A DNA stretch of 64,000 nt from an uncultured Chloroflexia bacterium. Its GTDB lineage: Bacteria > Chloroflexota > Limnocylindria > Limnocylindrales > CSP1-4. Under the pieces are notes generated by a model. The model made no database searches. It was not told the origin of the DNA and saw only the letters and a list, made by a program, of their open reading frames with translations. Location of the stretch: NCBI GenBank assembly GCA_963768655.1, contig CAVYIM010000009.1, forward strand, positions 160,001 to 224,000, given 5' to 3'. The translations under genes were made by a program, and so were the position numbers. This document shows positions 61,063-64,000 of the stretch, piece by piece. Each line of letters starts with the position of its first letter. Position 1 is the first letter of the stretch.

Positions 61063-62082
61063 ATGCCGGGTCTATCGACTGTCTGGTTCGTGCTCCTGGG
61101 CGTCCTCTTCGGCGGCTATGCGGTGCTCGACGGCTTCGATCTCGGTGCCGGCATCGTCCACCTGTATGTCGCCCGGACCGACCTCGAGCGGCGGCAGGTG
61201 CTCAACTCGATCGGCCCGGTCTGGGACGGCAACGAAGTCTGGCTCATCACCGCCGGCGGCGCGCTCTTCGCCGCTTTCCCGATCGTCTACGCGACCGTCT
61301 TATCGGGCTTCTACCTGGCGATGATGCTCGTCCTCGCGAGCCTGATCCTGCGCGCGATCTCGATCGAGTACCGAGGCAAGGAAACGGCGACCTGGTGGCG
61401 GACCGGCTGGGACGTGGGCTTCTCGGTTGGGTCCGCGCTCGCGGCGCTGCTTCTGGGCGTGGCGCTCGGCAACCTGCTGAACGGCGTCGCGCTCGGCGCC
61501 GACGGAGTCTATCGGGGCGGCTTCGTCGGCCTGCTCAGCCCGATCTCGCTGGTCGTGGGCGTCCTGACTCTCGCCCTCGCCACCCAGCAAGGCTCGGCCT
61601 GGCTCGTTCTCAAGACCGAGGGCGATCTGGCGGAGCGGGCCCGCCGAGTCCAGATGGGAGCCCAGATCGTGGTCGTCGTCGCCTGGCTCGCGGCCACGGC
61701 CCTGGCCTTCGCCGGTTCGCTGCCGGCGGTCGACAACTTCAAGACCAACCTGGCCGCCTGGATCGGGCCGGTGCTGGTGGTGAACGCGATCTTCTTCGGT
61801 TTCCGGGCGACGCTCATCGGCCAGGCGTTCCGGGCGTTCATCTGCTCTTGCCTGACGATCCTCTTCCTGGCCATCACCGCGGCGACGGCGCTCTACCCGA
61901 ACCTGGTTCCGGCCGTTGTGCGGGCTCGCAGCCTGACGGTCGACAACGCCCACTCCTCGGACCTGACCATGCAGGTCATGTTGATCGTGGCCGTGATCGG
62001 AATGCCGATCGTCCTCGCCTACACGTCCTATATCTACTGGAAGTTCAAGGGCAAGGTGCGGCTGGGCGAGGCGAGCTACTGA
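61063..62082 (+). CDS. cydB: Cytochrome bd oxidase subunit II
   Basis: LDGFDLG, IGPVWDGNEVWLI..GGALFAAFP and YWKFKGKV. Confidence 0.96.
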   Translation: MPGLSTVWFVLLGVLFGGYAVLDGFDLGAGIVHLYVARTDLERRQVLNSIGPVWDGNEVWLITAGGALFAAFPIVYATVLSGFYLAMMLVLASLILRAISIEYRGKETATWWRTGWDVGFSVGSALAALLLGVALGNLLNGVALGADGVYRGGFVGLLSPISLVVGVLTLALATQQGSAWLVLKTEGDLAERARRVQMGAQIVVVVAWLAATALAFAGSLPAVDNFKTNLAAWIGPVLVVNAIFFGFRATLIGQAFRAFICSCLTILFLAITAATALYPNLVPAVVRARSLTVDNAHSSDLTMQVMLIVAVIGMPIVLAYTSYIYWKFKGKVRLGEASY

Positions 62083-62099
62083 CAACGAGCGGCGGCGCT

Positions 62100-62490
62100 C
62101 GCCCAATCGCCCAATCGCCCAATCGCCGAATCGCCATAGCGCCGCCGCGGGAACGGCACCTCCGCCGCCGCGGGAACGGCACCTCCGCCGCCGCGGGAAC
62201 GGCACCTCCGCCGCCGCGGGAACGGCACCTCCGCCGCCGCGGGAACGGCACCTCCGCCGCCGCGGGAACGGCACCTCCGCCGCCTCGGGAACGGCACCTC
62301 CGCCGCCGCGGGAACGGCACCTCCGCCGCCGCGGGAACGGCACCTCCGCCGCCGCGGGAACGGCACCTCCGCCGCCGCGGGAACGGCACCTCCGCCGCCG
62401 CGGGAACGGCACCTCCGCCGCCGCGGGAACGGCACCTCCGCCGCCGCGGGAACGGCACCTCCGCCGCCGCGGGAACGGCACCTCCGCCGC
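62100..62490 (+). repeat. Compound VNTR: 5 x 8 bp followed by 15 x 23 bp
   Basis: CGCCCAAT-like octamers at 62100-62139. GCCGCCGCGGGAACGGCACCTCC x15 at 62141-62485 plus a 5-nt partial copy, with one G>T variant in copy 7 (62285). No spacers. Confidence 0.95.
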
Positions 62491-62496
62491 TCGCCA

Positions 62497-62699
62497 AATT
62501 CCTCAATACGCATCGGGCGAGTGCTGAGTTGGGCGCCGCGGTGCAGCCGATCCATGACCCGGATCGGTGGCGTCATGGATACCCGTTGGCGGCTACCCGC
62601 CCGGTCTTCGTCGGTCGAATCCGGGCCCGCGAACCCGAATCCTCGACGCCGGAAGGCGCGGGTGGTGCGCAGTACTCACACCATGCGTGTCAGGGAATT
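62497..62699. repeat. ~200-bp element bounded by imperfect 30-bp inverted repeats
   Basis: 62497-62526 and 62670-62699 match at 22/30 inverted positions; three of the mismatches are G-U compatible. Confidence 0.45.
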
Positions 62700-62780
62700 C
62701 GGTGCGCCGCAACGCCGAGCGCGGCCTCGCTTCGGGCTTCGCTCCGGGCGGCGCTCCAGACGGCGCAGCCCGCTCGGCGG

Positions 62781-63998
62781 CTACCAGCGCGGGGCGATCT
62801 GTCCGTCGAGGAGGTCGCGGGGCGACACGCGCGGCCGGATGAGACAGGCATGGCCGCCGCGGACCGCCACCTCGACGGCGGTCGGATGCGATAGGAAGAA
62901 CGGCATCGACTCGGTGAAGCCGTAGGCGCCCGCGTCAAGGACGGCGACCAGATCGCCGACCTGGGGGCGTGGCAGCTTCGCCTGGAGTGAGAAGACGTCG
63001 ATGCCGGTACACAGCGGCCCGGCGACGGTCGTGGGAACGAGGTCGCGCGTGTCGGCGTCCGGAGCGAGGACCGCCAGGCGATGTTCCTGGCGCACGAGCG
63101 CGGGCCTGACGAGGTGGTGGATGCCACCGTCCAGGATCGCGACCGGTGCGTCCGGCGTGCCCTTGACGTCCACGACCCGGGCCAGGTACGCGCCCGCTGG
63201 ACCTACGAGGAATCGGCCCGGCTCCAGCAGCACTTCCATCTCGCGCAGGGCGGGGTCGCGATCCCAGCGGCCTCGCAACTCCTCCAGCCGCGAGCCCAGC
63301 AGGGCCAGGTCGAGCGGCTGCTCCCCGTCGGCGTAGGGGATCCCGAGACCGCCCCCAGCGTCGACCAGGCGGAGAGGGACGCCCGACGCTCCGGCCACTT
63401 CCTCGCCTACCGACACGAGCGCCGCCACGTGATCCGCGATGCGGCCGGCGTCGAGCACGTTGGAGGCGCCGAAAGCGTGGATGCCGAGCAGCTCCAGGTT
63501 CGGCGATTTCGCCGCGGCCGCGGCGGCTTCCTTCAGGACCGGCAGCGGCATGCCGAACTTTCCCGCGGCGCCGCCGATGAGGCGGACGCGCTCGAACTTC
63601 GCGTCGTCGGCGACGGACAGGCGGAGCATGATCGGCTGGCGGCGGCGAAGGCGCGCGGCGATCGCGTCGAGGCGGGTGAGCTCGCCGGGCGACTCGACGG
63701 TGACGACGCCGATGCAGGCCGTGACGGCGGCGGCGAGTTCGTCGTCGCGCTTGCCGGGGCCGGTCATGGCAATCGACACGGGGGCGAAGCCGGCTCGCAG
63801 AACTGCCTCCAGCTCACCGCCCGAGGCGACGTCCGCGCTTATGCCGGAGCCGGCGACGTGGGTCAGGACTCCGAGCGCGGGATTGGCCTTGACCGCGAAG
63901 GCGAGGCGGAAGCCGAACGGGAGGACGGCACCCAGGGCGTCGATGCGGCGGCCGATCAGGTCCAGGTCGTAGACGTAGAGAGGAGTGCCGAAGTCGGT
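62781..63998 (-). CDS. PLP-dependent diaminopimelate-decarboxylase-like protein (LysA/ornithine decarboxylase fold), 5' end outside the window
   Basis: FGTPLYVYD, AFAVKANP (PLP lysine), DVASGGE, GKFG, GGGLG, EPGRFLV, GPLCT and GAYG. Confidence 0.88.
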   Translation of the reverse strand, partial: TDFGTPLYVYDLDLIGRRIDALGAVLPFGFRLAFAVKANPALGVLTHVAGSGISADVASGGELEAVLRAGFAPVSIAMTGPGKRDDELAAAVTACIGVVTVESPGELTRLDAIAARLRRRQPIMLRLSVADDAKFERVRLIGGAAGKFGMPLPVLKEAAAAAAKSPNLELLGIHAFGASNVLDAGRIADHVAALVSVGEEVAGASGVPLRLVDAGGGLGIPYADGEQPLDLALLGSRLEELRGRWDRDPALREMEVLLEPGRFLVGPAGAYLARVVDVKGTPDAPVAILDGGIHHLVRPALVRQEHRLAVLAPDADTRDLVPTTVAGPLCTGIDVFSLQAKLPRPQVGDLVAVLDAGAYGFTESMPFFLSHPTAVEVAVRGGHACLIRPRVSPRDLLDGQIAPRW

Positions 63999-64000
63999 GG

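Noticed and set aside
62141-62490. CRISPR array
   Set aside because: Units are directly adjacent with no unique spacers, and there are no cas genes in the window.

Overview
High-GC bacterial chromosomal segment. The gene set and style resemble Chloroflexota, possibly Limnocylindria; this is an inference, not a search result. There are about 50 supportable CDSs; most long alternative-frame ORFs in the track are GC-rich shadow frames. Housekeeping and metabolic blocks: ATP-dependent DNA ligase, pta-ackA, a three-subunit proton-translocating transhydrogenase (pntAA/pntAB/pntB), a TPP-riboswitch operon (thiN plus a YkoEDC-type ECF transporter), bcp, cydAB and a LysA-like decarboxylase. Regulators: Rrf2, a STAND/TPR/LuxR protein, a 5-PAS hybrid kinase and a WYL protein. 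A lipoprotein-rich accessory stretch follows a tRNA. Most notable observations: (1) the tRNA has a UAU anticodon (rare tRNA-Ile(UAU)); (2) an unannotated 22-aa hydrophobic peptide has its own promoter, SD and terminator, between a Walker-A-degenerate STAND-LuxR gene and mgtC; (3) a candidate stand-alone structured sRNA lies behind a sigma70-like promoter and DnaA-box-like sites; (4) six apparent +1 frameshifts mostly map to GAATC/GATTC sites, possibly a methylation-linked sequencing-error footprint, and an orphan DNA methyltransferase is in the window; (5) many genes appear leaderless; (6) a 15 x 23-bp tandem array follows cydB. No CRISPR, integrase or transposase was found.
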